From Candidatus Dormibacter sp. (GTDB lineage: Bacteria; Chloroflexota; Dormibacteria; CF-121), in the NCBI GenBank assembly GCA_039922495.1, contig JBDTEO010000029.1:74811-138810 (forward strand): a stretch of DNA of 64,000 nt, written 5' to 3'. The position numbers and the translations under genes were made by a program. Under the pieces are notes generated by a model. It made no database searches and had not been told where the DNA came from. It was given only the letters and a program-made list of their open reading frames with translations. Position 1 is the first letter of the stretch; each line of letters starts with the position of its first letter. Of the stretch, positions 48,419-57,624 are shown one piece after another.

Positions 48419-49021
48419 GTGATCGCTTCCCGCGGCTACATTGAAGGCGTGAACGCGGCAACGCCGCGACGGTTTCCACCGGCCCCCGGTGCGATGGGAT
48501 GGGTCGGCGCCGCATTCGTGGTTGCCGCGCTGGTGTGCCAGCTCGTGGCAGGAATTCTCCTGATGCTTCTGATTGTGAACCGTGATGGTGGGATTGTGCT
48601 TCCCATGGTCGCGAGCTTCCTGCTCGGGTTCCTCCTTCTGGCGATCGCGTGGCTGATCTGGCGGACCGCATTGCAGCGGGCAGGATCGCCGCCACAGTCG
48701 ACCGTGCCCAGGGAGCAGCGGAGGGAATTGCTTATCGCGCTCGCGGTCATGAATGCCGCGGCTATAGTCGGGATTGGCGGCTTCATCTACCTGGCGCTGC
48801 ACCTTACTGGCGTTCGGCGGTTCGCGATTGCCCTGGTTCCCCTCACCCTTGCGGAAATTGGTTCACACTACGGCGTGCTGAAGCTGCGGAAGATCCGAGG
48901 TCGCCCGAGCCCCGGCATTCTGGGCTGGAAGCCGCGCCACGAACTCGCGGTGGTGAGTGTGGCCGCCCTCGCCATCAGTGCCTTCCTCCTGATCAGCGGG
49001 CTGTTCTGGATTCCGAACTAG
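48419..49021 (+). CDS. Hypothetical integral membrane protein
   Basis: About 5 hydrophobic spans and no recognisable motif. The start is uncertain (GTG 48419 or ATG 48494). Confidence 0.5.
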   Translation: MIASRGYIEGVNAATPRRFPPAPGAMGWVGAAFVVAALVCQLVAGILLMLLIVNRDGGIVLPMVASFLLGFLLLAIAWLIWRTALQRAGSPPQSTVPREQRRELLIALAVMNAAAIVGIGGFIYLALHLTGVRRFAIALVPLTLAEIGSHYGVLKLRKIRGRPSPGILGWKPRHELAVVSVAALAISAFLLISGLFWIPN

Positions 49022-49038
49022 GGCGAGAAGAAGAGCTT

Positions 49039-49068
49039 TTGGTCAGGGCCGGGCGAGCACGCTAGAAT
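49039..49068 (+). promoter_or_regulatory. Putative promoter TTGGTC-18-TAGAAT upstream of ftsK
   Basis: TAGAAT at 49063-49068. The same hexamer precedes thrS (13371) and spoVS (57241). Confidence 0.3.
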
Positions 49069-49110
49069 GGCGCCATTCGTCCCAGCAAACGTCGCAGCCA
49101 TCCCACGGCC

Positions 49111-51384
49111 TTGAAGACGCGGCATAAGCGCATCGCGCGCCCGAAGCGCTCGGCATCCCAGCAGCGCTTCCGCATCAAGGCGCCGCGCCTGCCCAAGCTC
49201 GAGGTGCCGTCGCGGCAGCAACGCGAGCTCGCCGGCATCGCCTGCCTGGTGCTGGCCGGGCTGATCGTGCTGGCCGTCGTCCTCCAGTCGAGCGGCTCGG
49301 CGATGCACGTCCTGAACGGAGGCCTGGTGGCGCTATTCGGCTGGGGCGTCGTCTTCGTCGTGCTTGCGATCGCGGCGGCCGGCATCGAGATGCTGATGCC
49401 CTGGATCGAGACGATGACCTGGGGCCGTGGCCTTGGCCTCGGCCTGCTCGCGCTTGGCGCCCTGGGCCTGCTTGACGTCTCGGTCGGCCACAGCGGCGGC
49501 TCGGTCGGCCGGCTCGAAGGCGATGTGCTCAGCAGCCTGCTTGGGACCGCCGGCAGCATCCTGATCCTGGTCGCGATCTTGCTCGGATCCCTCGTCCTCG
49601 CCTTTGACCTCTCCGTCCGGGACGCCGTCAGCGCCCTGCGCGAGCATTACCTGGAGGCCCGACCAGAGGAGAAGCCGATCGCCAAACCGAAGCCGACGCC
49701 CGCCGAGGGCTGGCGTCCCCAGAACCAGGCGATGCGCACCGAGACGGAGGAGGCCGTCCTGGTCCCGATCAAGGGGGTGGCAGCTCCGCCGGCGCCGGGC
49801 GTGCTTCCCGATCTGGATCTTCAGGGGGCAGCCGACGTCACCGAGGCGCCCGTCGCGAAGCGGAAGCGGCCGGGCCCGGCCGAGCCCGTGCTCGGCGTCG
49901 TGCCCGATCCGGCAGTCGCTCCGGCAGCGCCCGGGGATGACGAACCGCATCACGCCTGGGTCAAGCCAGAACTGAGCCTCCTCGACACGGTCGCCGTGCG
50001 CAAGGACCGGCTCCACGACGAGATCAAGGCCAACATCAAGTTGATCGAGCAGACCCTGGCCAGCTTCGATGTCCAGGCGACCGTGATCGGCGTCAACTCC
50101 GGTCCCTCGGTCACCCAGTACGAGATCCAGCCGGGGGTTGGCGTGCCGGTTCGAAAGATCACGGCGCTCCAGAACGACCTGGCGCTTGCCCTGTCGGCCG
50201 CGATCCGCATCCAGGCGCCGATCCCGGGCAAGCCCGCGCTCGGCATCGAGGTGCCGAACAAGGCGACCAGCCTGGTGACGCTGCGGGAGATCCTGCAAAC
50301 ACCGGCCTTCCAGAACGACAAGACGCTGCTCTCGCTGGCGATCGGCACCGACGTGTCCGGTAACTCGGTGGTTGGTGACCTGACCCGGATGCCTCACCTG
50401 TTGATCGCCGGGGCGACCGGCTCGGGCAAGAGCGTCTGTATCAACGCCCTGCTGGCCGGCCTGATGTTCCAGGCGACCCCCGACGAGCTGAAGCTGATCC
50501 TGATCGACCCCAAGCGGGTCGAGTTCGCCATGTTCCAGGATTTGCCACACCTGCTGGTCCCGGTGGTGACCGAGTCGGAGCAGGCGACTTCCGCGCTTCG
50601 CTGGGCTGTGGCCGAGATGGAAAACCGCTACAAGCTGTTCGCCAGCCACACCGTGCGCAACATTGCCGACTTCAACGAGCGCGCGCCGGAGATGGGCCTC
50701 GACCGGCTGCCCTTCATCGTGCTGGTGATCGACGAGCTCGCCGACTTGATGATGGTCGCGGCCGGCGAGATCGAGGAGCTGATCTGCCGGGTCGCCCAGC
50801 TCGCCCGCGCTGTCGGCATCCACCTGATGGTTGCCACCCAGCGCCCCTCCGCCGACATTATCACCGGCCTGATCAAGGCCAACATCCCCTCGCGGATCGC
50901 CTTCGCGGTCAGCTCCAGCATCGATTCCCGGGTCATCCTCGACGAGACCGGCGCCGAGAAGCTGCTGGGCCGCGGCGACATGCTCTACCTGCCGGTTGAG
51001 GCGGGCAAAGCGACCCGCCTGCAGGGCGTCTTCGTCTCCGATCGCGAGATGAAGGCGCTGATCGACTTCTGGAAGGGCCAGGGGAAGCCGCAGTACCAGG
51101 AGGAAATCTTCAACGTCGAGGCGACCGTCTCCTGGGTCAAGGAAGGGATGAAGCGCGATCCGCTCTTTGGCAAGGGTGCGCATGTGGTCGCCACCGAGGG
51201 TCGGGCCTCAGTCTCGCTATTGCAACGCAAGCTGAATGTCGGCTACACGCGGGCCGCTCGGATCGTCGACCAGCTGGCGGAGCAGCGCGTGATCGGCCCC
51301 TACGAGGGGTCCAAATCCCGCGAGGTGCTGATGAACCTGCTCGAGGTCGACGAGCTGGTCAAGGATCTCGACGAAAGCAACTGA
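49111..51384 (+). CDS. ftsK: DNA translocase FtsK/SpoIIIE
   Basis: N-terminal TM helices, Pro/Ala-rich linker, motor domain Walker A GATGSGKS, VIDELADLM, C-terminal gamma winged helix (SVSLLQRKLNVGYTRAARIVDQL). Confidence 0.92.
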   Translation: MKTRHKRIARPKRSASQQRFRIKAPRLPKLEVPSRQQRELAGIACLVLAGLIVLAVVLQSSGSAMHVLNGGLVALFGWGVVFVVLAIAAAGIEMLMPWIETMTWGRGLGLGLLALGALGLLDVSVGHSGGSVGRLEGDVLSSLLGTAGSILILVAILLGSLVLAFDLSVRDAVSALREHYLEARPEEKPIAKPKPTPAEGWRPQNQAMRTETEEAVLVPIKGVAAPPAPGVLPDLDLQGAADVTEAPVAKRKRPGPAEPVLGVVPDPAVAPAAPGDDEPHHAWVKPELSLLDTVAVRKDRLHDEIKANIKLIEQTLASFDVQATVIGVNSGPSVTQYEIQPGVGVPVRKITALQNDLALALSAAIRIQAPIPGKPALGIEVPNKATSLVTLREILQTPAFQNDKTLLSLAIGTDVSGNSVVGDLTRMPHLLIAGATGSGKSVCINALLAGLMFQATPDELKLILIDPKRVEFAMFQDLPHLLVPVVTESEQATSALRWAVAEMENRYKLFASHTVRNIADFNERAPEMGLDRLPFIVLVIDELADLMMVAAGEIEELICRVAQLARAVGIHLMVATQRPSADIITGLIKANIPSRIAFAVSSSIDSRVILDETGAEKLLGRGDMLYLPVEAGKATRLQGVFVSDREMKALIDFWKGQGKPQYQEEIFNVEATVSWVKEGMKRDPLFGKGAHVVATEGRASVSLLQRKLNVGYTRAARIVDQLAEQRVIGPYEGSKSREVLMNLLEVDELVKDLDESN

Positions 51385-51434
51385 GGCCAAAAGTGCGACA
51401 GACAGCTGTCAAAGCGGCGGGGTAGCATAGCTCC

Positions 51435-51926
51435 GTGGCTCAGGACTATTCGTTCGACGTCGTCTCCCAGTTCGACCGCCAGGAGCTGGTCAACGCGATC
51501 AACCAGGCCCAACGGGAGATCACGACCCGGTACGACTTCAAGGACACCGGGGCGAGCATCGAGCTGGGGGAGGACGAGATCACCCTCCAGGGCCCGAGCG
51601 ACTTCAAGCTCAAAGCCATGATCGATGTGCTGCAGAGCAAGTTCGTCAAGCGCAATCTATCCCTGAAGATCCTCAAGCCGGGTCCGATCGAGCAAGCCGC
51701 CAAGGGCAACGTCCGCCAGAAGCTCGAGCTCCAGGAGGGGATCGACGATGAGCTGGCCCGGAGCCTGGTGAAGCAGATCAAGCAGATCTCGCCCAAGGTC
51801 CAGCCGCGCATCCAGGGCGACCTGATCCGGGTCTCTAGCCGGGAGAAGGACCTCCTGCAAACCGTGATCCAGGCGCTCAAGGCTGACGACTCCCCGGTCC
51901 CCCTGCAATTCATCAACTACCGGTGA
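51435..51926 (+). CDS. yajQ: YajQ-family nucleotide-binding protein (UPF0234)
   Basis: SFDVVSQFDRQELVNAINQAQREI..RYDFKD. Length 163 aa. Confidence 0.88.
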   Translation: MAQDYSFDVVSQFDRQELVNAINQAQREITTRYDFKDTGASIELGEDEITLQGPSDFKLKAMIDVLQSKFVKRNLSLKILKPGPIEQAAKGNVRQKLELQEGIDDELARSLVKQIKQISPKVQPRIQGDLIRVSSREKDLLQTVIQALKADDSPVPLQFINYR

Positions 51927-51929
51927 TCG

Positions 51930-52424
51930 ATGCGGCCGACCGGACCGATCATCGACCTGGCGACGCAGGTCGGGGAGACGCTACGCCGCCGGCAGCGATC
52001 GCTGGCCGTCGCGGAGTCCTGCACCGGCGGGATGCTCGGCGCGGCGATCACGGAGGTGCCGGGCAGCTCGGCCTACTTTCTCGGTGGGGTGATCAGCTAT
52101 GCCGATCAGGTCAAGATGGAGCAGCTCAAGGTGCCGGCCGAGACGCTCGCGACCTACGGAGCGGTCAGCCAGGAAACGGCCTGCGCGATGGCGAGCGAGG
52201 TCCGAATGCTGATGCGCGCCGACCTGGCTGTCTCGATCACCGGCGTGGCGGGCCCGAATGCGGAAGGCAGCAAACCCGTCGGACTCACGTTCATCGGCAT
52301 CGCGACGGCCGAGGGAACGCATGCAACTCGATATCAATGGTCGGGCGACCGCTGGGAGAACCGGCGCGACTCGACCATCGCGGCGTTGACGCTTCTGGCC
52401 CAGACTCTCGAGGTTATGCGTTGA
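51930..52424 (+). CDS. pncC: Nicotinamide-nucleotide amidohydrolase (CinA C-terminal/PncC domain only)
   Basis: LAVAESCTGG, SITGVAGP. Confidence 0.88.
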   Translation: MRPTGPIIDLATQVGETLRRRQRSLAVAESCTGGMLGAAITEVPGSSAYFLGGVISYADQVKMEQLKVPAETLATYGAVSQETACAMASEVRMLMRADLAVSITGVAGPNAEGSKPVGLTFIGIATAEGTHATRYQWSGDRWENRRDSTIAALTLLAQTLEVMR

Positions 52425-52449
52425 CAGTTACACAAAATTGTAGTACAGT
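52421..52449 (+). promoter_or_regulatory. Near-consensus sigma-70-type promoter for recA (TTGACA-17-TACAGT)
   Basis: TTGACA at 52421-52426 (overlapping the pncC stop), a 17-nt AT-rich spacer, TACAGT at 52444-52449. The ATG is 44 nt downstream, with AAGGGGAA as SD. Confidence 0.55.
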
Positions 52450-52492
52450 GGGCGGGACGGGCCAGGCCGGCCACGAGCAAGGGGAACAGTAA

Positions 52493-53515
52493 ATGTCAGA
52501 GAAAGACAAGGCACTGACCGCGGCGCTCAGCCAGATTGAGCGCTCCTACGGCAAGGGCGCCATCATGAAGCTGAACGACGCGGCGGCCCAGCGCAACGTC
52601 GACGCGATTCCGACCGGGGCAATGACCCTCGACCTGGCGCTCGGCGTCGGCGGGATCCCGCGGGGCCGCGTGGTCGAGATTTACGGCCCGGAATCGTCGG
52701 GCAAGACAACGCTGGCGTTGCATGTCATCGCGCAATCGCAAAAGCAGGGTGGGACAGCCGCCTTCATCGACGCCGAGCACGCCCTCGACCCGGTCTACGC
52801 CTCCCACATCGGGGTCAAGACGGAGGACCTGCTGATCTCGCAGCCGGACACCGGCGAGCAGGCGCTCGAGATCGTCGACGTGCTGGTCCGCTCCGGCGCG
52901 ATCGACGTCATCGTGGTCGACTCGGTGGCGGCGCTGGTGCCGAAGGCGGAGATCGATGGCGAGATGGGGGACAGCCATGTCGCGCTGCAGGCCAGGCTGA
53001 TGTCGCAGGCCCTGCGCAAGCTGACCGGCGCTATCTCCAAGTCGAGCACCTCGGTGATCTTCATCAACCAGCTGCGCGAGAAGGTCGGGATCATGTTCGG
53101 GAACCCCGAGGTCACGACCGGTGGTCGCGCGCTCAAGTTCTACGCCTCGATCCGGCTGGATATCCGCAAGGTGGACTCGATCAAGAGCGGCCTCGACGTC
53201 ACCGGCAACCGGGTGAAGGTCAAGGTGGTCAAGAACAAGGTGGCGCCGCCCTTCAAGTCGGCCGAGTTCGACATCCTCTACAACGAGGGCATCTCCTACT
53301 GGGGCAGTGTGCTGGATGCCGGCGTGGACGCCGCCCTGGTGGAAAAGAGCGGCTCCTGGTTCTCCTCGAATGGGCAACGCCTCGGCCAGGGCCGCGAGCA
53401 GACCGTCGGGTTCCTCAAGGCGAATCCGAAGCTCGGTGAGGACCTGATCGCGCGGCTGAAAGAAAAAGCCGTCGAGAAGAGCGAGAAGCTCGAGAAGACG
53501 CTGCAGCCGGCGTGA
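52493..53515 (+). CDS. recA: Recombinase RecA
   Basis: [21 protein letters not shown].... Confidence 0.97.
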   Translation: MSEKDKALTAALSQIERSYGKGAIMKLNDAAAQRNVDAIPTGAMTLDLALGVGGIPRGRVVEIYGPESSGKTTLALHVIAQSQKQGGTAAFIDAEHALDPVYASHIGVKTEDLLISQPDTGEQALEIVDVLVRSGAIDVIVVDSVAALVPKAEIDGEMGDSHVALQARLMSQALRKLTGAISKSSTSVIFINQLREKVGIMFGNPEVTTGGRALKFYASIRLDIRKVDSIKSGLDVTGNRVKVKVVKNKVAPPFKSAEFDILYNEGISYWGSVLDAGVDAALVEKSGSWFSSNGQRLGQGREQTVGFLKANPKLGEDLIARLKEKAVEKSEKLEKTLQPA

Positions 53516-54048
53516 AGCGCCGGGCGGGGGCCCCAGCGGCTCCCGCAAATCCGGAAAGTCCTGAGGCGGCCTATGCGGCCGCGATCAAGAAGCTGGCTCG
53601 CCAGCCGCAGTCGCGCGCCACGCTCAGCCAGAAGCTGGAGCATCAGGGCTACACCGCCGTGGCGGTCAGCGCGGCGCTGGACCGCGTTCAAGCCGATGGC
53701 TACCTTGATGATCGCGAGTACGCCGCCTCCCTCGTTCGGCGGCGGTCCGGCAGTCGAGGCTACGGCCTGATCGCCCAGGAGTTGCGTGCCCGGGGGATCC
53801 AGGATGGCGACGCCGCCCCCGCCCTCGACTCCGTCGACCGGGACGCGCAGGGCGAGCAGGCGCTGCGGCTGGCCCGGACGATGCTCGATCAACGGCCGCC
53901 CGCGGACGCCCAGGAGCTCCGGGCGAAGATCGGCCCCCGCCTCAGGCGGCGCGGTTTCGACAGCGGCCTCATCTACCGCGTTTGCCGGCAGTTGGCCGAG
54001 GAATGGCAGGCCGGTGGGCGGTTTGACAGCCCTCGTGAACGCGACTAA
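53512..54048 (+). CDS. recX: Recombination regulator RecX
   Basis: GTGA overlap with recA. Repeated helical RecX pattern (GYLDDREYA..., RRRGF). Confidence 0.85.
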   Translation: MKRRAGAPAAPANPESPEAAYAAAIKKLARQPQSRATLSQKLEHQGYTAVAVSAALDRVQADGYLDDREYAASLVRRRSGSRGYGLIAQELRARGIQDGDAAPALDSVDRDAQGEQALRLARTMLDQRPPADAQELRAKIGPRLRRRGFDSGLIYRVCRQLAEEWQAGGRFDSPRERD

Positions 54049-54144
54049 TATGGTCAAGATTTTGTCGCCTTGTAACGACTAGTCCCGCCGCGCTCACGCG
54101 CGGTGCGAAGAACCTTCACAAGTCCATAGAGCGAGGTGTAATCA

Positions 54145-55677
54145 ATGCCCAACGTATTACTCCTGCTCATCGGGCTCGTTGTGGGTGCGGTCGCGGGTGC
54201 CGTCATCGCCTACTTCTGGGTCGGGAACGCCAATCAGCAGCGTTTCGCCGCTTCCACCGTGGAGCGCGACAAGCTGAAGGCCGACACCGACACCCAGGTC
54301 AAGGAGATGATCCTCGAAGCGAAAGAGGAAGCCCACCGCATTCGGATGAGCCTCGAGCAGGAAGTCCGCGACGCCCGTGCGGAGATTCAACGATCGGAAC
54401 GACGCGTCCAACAGAAGGAAGAATCGATCGACCGCAAGCTCGAAGACCTCGAGCGCAAAGACCAGGCCGTCACCGCGAAAGAGCTGGAGGTCGGCCGTTC
54501 CAGGGAGCGCGTGAACGACGCCCTTGCCGAGCAAGTCAAAGAACTCGAGCGCATCTCCGGGATGACCCGGGCCGAAGCCAAGGCCAGCATCTTGAGCAAC
54601 CTCGAAAAGGAGCTCAACCAGGAGATCGCCGAGAAGATCCGGGAGAGCGAGGCCGTCGTTAAGGAGGAGAGCGAGAAGCGCGCGCGAAACATCCTGGTAA
54701 CCGCGATGCAGCGCATCGCCGCCGACCAGACGGCTGAAACCTCGGTTTCGGTCGTCGCCATCCCCAGCGACGAGATGAAGGGGCGAATCATCGGTCGCGA
54801 GGGACGCAATATCCGGGCGCTCGAGCATGCGACCGGTGTGGACCTGATCATCGACGATACCCCTGAAGCCGTCATCTTGAGCGGCTTCGATCCCGTGCGC
54901 CGGGAGGTTGCGCGTACCGCCTTGAACCATCTGCTGGTGGATGGCCGGATTCACCCGGCACGCATCGAAGAGATGGTCACCAAAGCCCGCAACGACGTCC
55001 AGAACCGCATCCGCGAAGAGGGCGAGCAGGCCATGTTCGAGACCGGCGTGACCGGCCTGCATCCGGAGCTGATCAAGTTGCTCGGTACCCTGGCCTTTCG
55101 GACCAGCTACGGCCAGAACGTCCTGACCCACAGCAAAGAGGTGTCCTTCCTCTGCGCGATGGCCGCCGCCGAAATCGGTGGCGACGTTTCACTCGCCCGG
55201 GAGGCCGGCCTCCTCCACGACATCGGGAAGGCCGTCGACCACGAGGTCGAGGGATCCCACGCCATCATCGGCGGGGAACTGCTCAAGCGACTGGGGAGGC
55301 CGGAGGCGCTGGTCAACGCCGTGGCCGCCCATCACATGGATATCGAGCCGACGTCGCTCGAAGCCATCCTGACGGTGGCCTGCGACGCGGTCTCGGCCGC
55401 TCGGCCGGGCGCCCGCCGCGAAACCCTGACGACCTACATCAAGCGTCTCGAAAAGCTGGAAGCGATCGCCAACGACTTCGACGGCGTGGAGAAATCCTTC
55501 GCCATCCAGGCCGGACGCGAGATCCGGATCATCGTCAAGCCGGAACAGATCGACGACAACCGGGCCCAGATCCTGGCCCGCGACATCGCCAAGCGCATCG
55601 AAAGCGAACTGCAGTATCCCGGTCAGATCAAGGTGACCCTGATCCGCGAGACCCGCATCATCGAATTCGCGAAATAG
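54145..55677 (+). CDS. rny: Ribonuclease Y
   Basis: N-terminal TM helix, coiled coil, KH ([11 protein letters not shown]), HD domain (LLHDIGKA). Confidence 0.95.
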   Translation: MPNVLLLLIGLVVGAVAGAVIAYFWVGNANQQRFAASTVERDKLKADTDTQVKEMILEAKEEAHRIRMSLEQEVRDARAEIQRSERRVQQKEESIDRKLEDLERKDQAVTAKELEVGRSRERVNDALAEQVKELERISGMTRAEAKASILSNLEKELNQEIAEKIRESEAVVKEESEKRARNILVTAMQRIAADQTAETSVSVVAIPSDEMKGRIIGREGRNIRALEHATGVDLIIDDTPEAVILSGFDPVRREVARTALNHLLVDGRIHPARIEEMVTKARNDVQNRIREEGEQAMFETGVTGLHPELIKLLGTLAFRTSYGQNVLTHSKEVSFLCAMAAAEIGGDVSLAREAGLLHDIGKAVDHEVEGSHAIIGGELLKRLGRPEALVNAVAAHHMDIEPTSLEAILTVACDAVSAARPGARRETLTTYIKRLEKLEAIANDFDGVEKSFAIQAGREIRIIVKPEQIDDNRAQILARDIAKRIESELQYPGQIKVTLIRETRIIEFAK

Positions 55678-55685
55678 TCTGTAGG

Positions 55686-55718
55686 AGAGGCGACCCCCCT
55701 GGGGCCGCCTCTTTGTTT
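55686..55718 (+). terminator. Rho-independent terminator after rny (convergent with the UDG-like gene)
   Basis: AGAGGCG-a-CCCC ... GGGG-c-CGCCTCT hairpin, followed by TTTGTTT. Confidence 0.6.
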
Positions 55719-55728
55719 ACTGGGGCAA

Positions 55729-56265
55729 CTAGCCAAGCGCGGTCGAGCTGATGAGATCCCGCATTCCCTGGCGAAAGGCGGTGGCGCCGGATTGGGCCGG
55801 GTGACGGACGTAATGAGCCCCGCGCCCTTCCAGTATCGTTTCGGCGATCCGGCCGACTGCGACAATCTTCTGAGGCTCGGTGGCCGCGATCAGCCGCTCG
55901 AGTAGGGTGAGGCCTTGCTCGATTTCCGGACGGGTCGGGCGCCGGTTGGACAGCGGTTTACCCGGCAGATACGGATGGCCAGGGACCGTGTTCCAGAGGA
56001 TGACCCGGCGCTCGATCCCAAGCTCCTCGAGCAGGCCGTGCACGATGGTGCCGGACGGCTCGCTCCAACCGTTGGCGCGGTTCAGGCTGGTGCGCCGGTA
56101 GGGGAGACCCCAGCGGGCCAGGTCCTGTTCGCTGGTGAAGGCGATCCCGGACCAGCGCATCCCCTGGTAGCCGGCGGCCTCGCCGACCGCCAGGATGTCG
56201 GCGTGCTGCCGCTCATGCAGGTAGTGGCGAAGGTTCGCCAGGCGAATGGCGGGGGCATCCGGCAC
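55729..56265 (-). CDS. Uracil-DNA glycosylase superfamily protein (unclassified family; motif GEAAGYQG)
   Basis: LAVGEAAGYQGMRWSGIAFTSE (motif A-like) and VRHPAQSG (motif B-like HP). Length 178 aa. Confidence 0.7.
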   Translation of the reverse strand: MPDAPAIRLANLRHYLHERQHADILAVGEAAGYQGMRWSGIAFTSEQDLARWGLPYRRTSLNRANGWSEPSGTIVHGLLEELGIERRVILWNTVPGHPYLPGKPLSNRRPTRPEIEQGLTLLERLIAATEPQKIVAVGRIAETILEGRGAHYVRHPAQSGATAFRQGMRDLISSTALG

Positions 56266-56372
56266 GTCGTCCGAACCTGACTCGTTGAAGGGATTGAAGG
56301 TCGTGCCAATCCGCGCCGCGGCAAGCTCGGCGAGCAGGGCATCGATCGCGGTGGCCTTGTTAGGATGCGGCA

Positions 56373-57164
56373 GTGCTCATCACCGTGCTGGCGATCGGCG
56401 ACATTATCGGGAAGCCCGGTCGCGAGGCGATCTCGCGCCTCCTGCCCGCGTTACGCCGGGAGTACGCCATCGACCTGGTGGTGGCGAACGGGGAGAACTC
56501 CGCCGGCGGCTTCGGCCTGACCCCGAAAATCGCCGACGACCTCTTTGGCCTCGGTATCGACGTGCTCACCAGTGGCAACCATATCTGGGACCAGAAAGAG
56601 ATGATGACCGGCTTCGAGGATCACCGGCCCATCCTGCGCCCGCACAACTATCCGGCTGGGGCACCGGGGCGTGGCTGGTTCTGCTACGACCTCGGCGAAA
56701 AGGGGACCGTCCTGGTCGGCAACGTCCAGGGCCAGCTCTTCATGCCGCCGATCGACTCCGCCTTTGCGGCCGCCGACGAGATCCTCCGGCAGGGAACCGG
56801 CACGCCGGTCCGCCTGGTCGATATCCACGCCGAGGCAACCTCGGAAAAGATCGCCCTGGGCTGGTATCTCGACGGTCGCGCCAGCTTCGTGTTCGGGACC
56901 CACACGCATGTTCCCACCGCCGACGCGCGGCTGTTTCCGGGCGGGACCGCCTTCGTGGCGGATCTGGGCATGGTGGGCCCCCGCGATTCGGTCATCGGGA
57001 TGGACAAAGAGGCGAGTCTGGCCCGCTTCCTGACCGGGATTCCGGCTCGATTCAAGGTCGCGGAGGGCCCCGTGCAATTCAATTCGGTCCTGGCCCGGAT
57101 CGACCAGGCCTCGGGCAAGGCGACCTCGGTCGAACGGGTCGACCGGGAGGTCTCGATCGCTTAG
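56373..57164 (+). CDS. ymdB: YmdB-family metallophosphoesterase (2',3'-cyclic-nucleotide phosphodiesterase)
   Basis: GTG start. LAIGDIIGKPGR, VVANGENSAGGFG, GTHTHV. Confidence 0.9.
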   Translation: MLITVLAIGDIIGKPGREAISRLLPALRREYAIDLVVANGENSAGGFGLTPKIADDLFGLGIDVLTSGNHIWDQKEMMTGFEDHRPILRPHNYPAGAPGRGWFCYDLGEKGTVLVGNVQGQLFMPPIDSAFAAADEILRQGTGTPVRLVDIHAEATSEKIALGWYLDGRASFVFGTHTHVPTADARLFPGGTAFVADLGMVGPRDSVIGMDKEASLARFLTGIPARFKVAEGPVQFNSVLARIDQASGKATSVERVDREVSIA

Positions 57165-57249
57165 TCCCTTGACGCACGGTGACCTTCGGGTTAAGGTGTC
57201 GGGGCGGGGGAGGCCGACCAGACGTTCGGGGACCGCCCGGTAGAATCAG

Positions 57250-57612
57250 ATGGACATCCTGGACACCACACCGCCGGCCAACGGTTCCACTGCGGGAAAA
57301 ACGCTGTCCGCCAGTCACGCGGCTGGCGTTCCGCGCGCGGCCCGAGCCGCGATTGAGATCCTGAAAGTCTCCGCCACCTCGAAGCCGGTCGCCGTCGCCG
57401 GCGCCATCGCCGGGGTCGTCCGAAGTCAGACCCGGGTCGAGGTCCAGGCGATCGGAGCCGGGGCCATCAACCAGGCGGTCAAAGCCATCGCCATCTCCCG
57501 CGGCTACGTCGCCGCCGGCGGGATCGACCTGGTGTGCATCCCCTCCTTCATCGATATCTCGATCGACGGCGAGGAGCGCACCGGAATCCGCCTCCTGGTC
57601 GAGTCCCGCTAG
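57250..57612 (+). CDS. spoVS: SpoVS-family protein (with a 34-aa N-terminal extension, or a downstream non-canonical start)
   Basis: IEILKVSATSKPVAVAGAIAGV...QAIGAGAINQAVKAIAISRG...DGEERTGIRLLVE is collinear with 86-aa SpoVS from residue 35 onward. Confidence 0.85.
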   Translation: MDILDTTPPANGSTAGKTLSASHAAGVPRAARAAIEILKVSATSKPVAVAGAIAGVVRSQTRVEVQAIGAGAINQAVKAIAISRGYVAAGGIDLVCIPSFIDISIDGEERTGIRLLVESR

Positions 57613-57624
57613 TAGACTCGTCCG

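Noticed and set aside
52427-52449. A possible LexA/SOS box in the recA promoter spacer (TACACAAAATTGTAGTA shows TAC-n11-GTA symmetry, and TACAGT resembles half of the E. coli CTGT box).
   Set aside because: Only 5 of 8 arm positions pair. There is no CTGT-n8-ACAG, no GAAC-n4-GTTC (Cheo box), and no TCGAAC-n4-GTTCGA. The symmetry is what an AT-rich spacer gives by chance, and I cannot name a LexA motif for this lineage.
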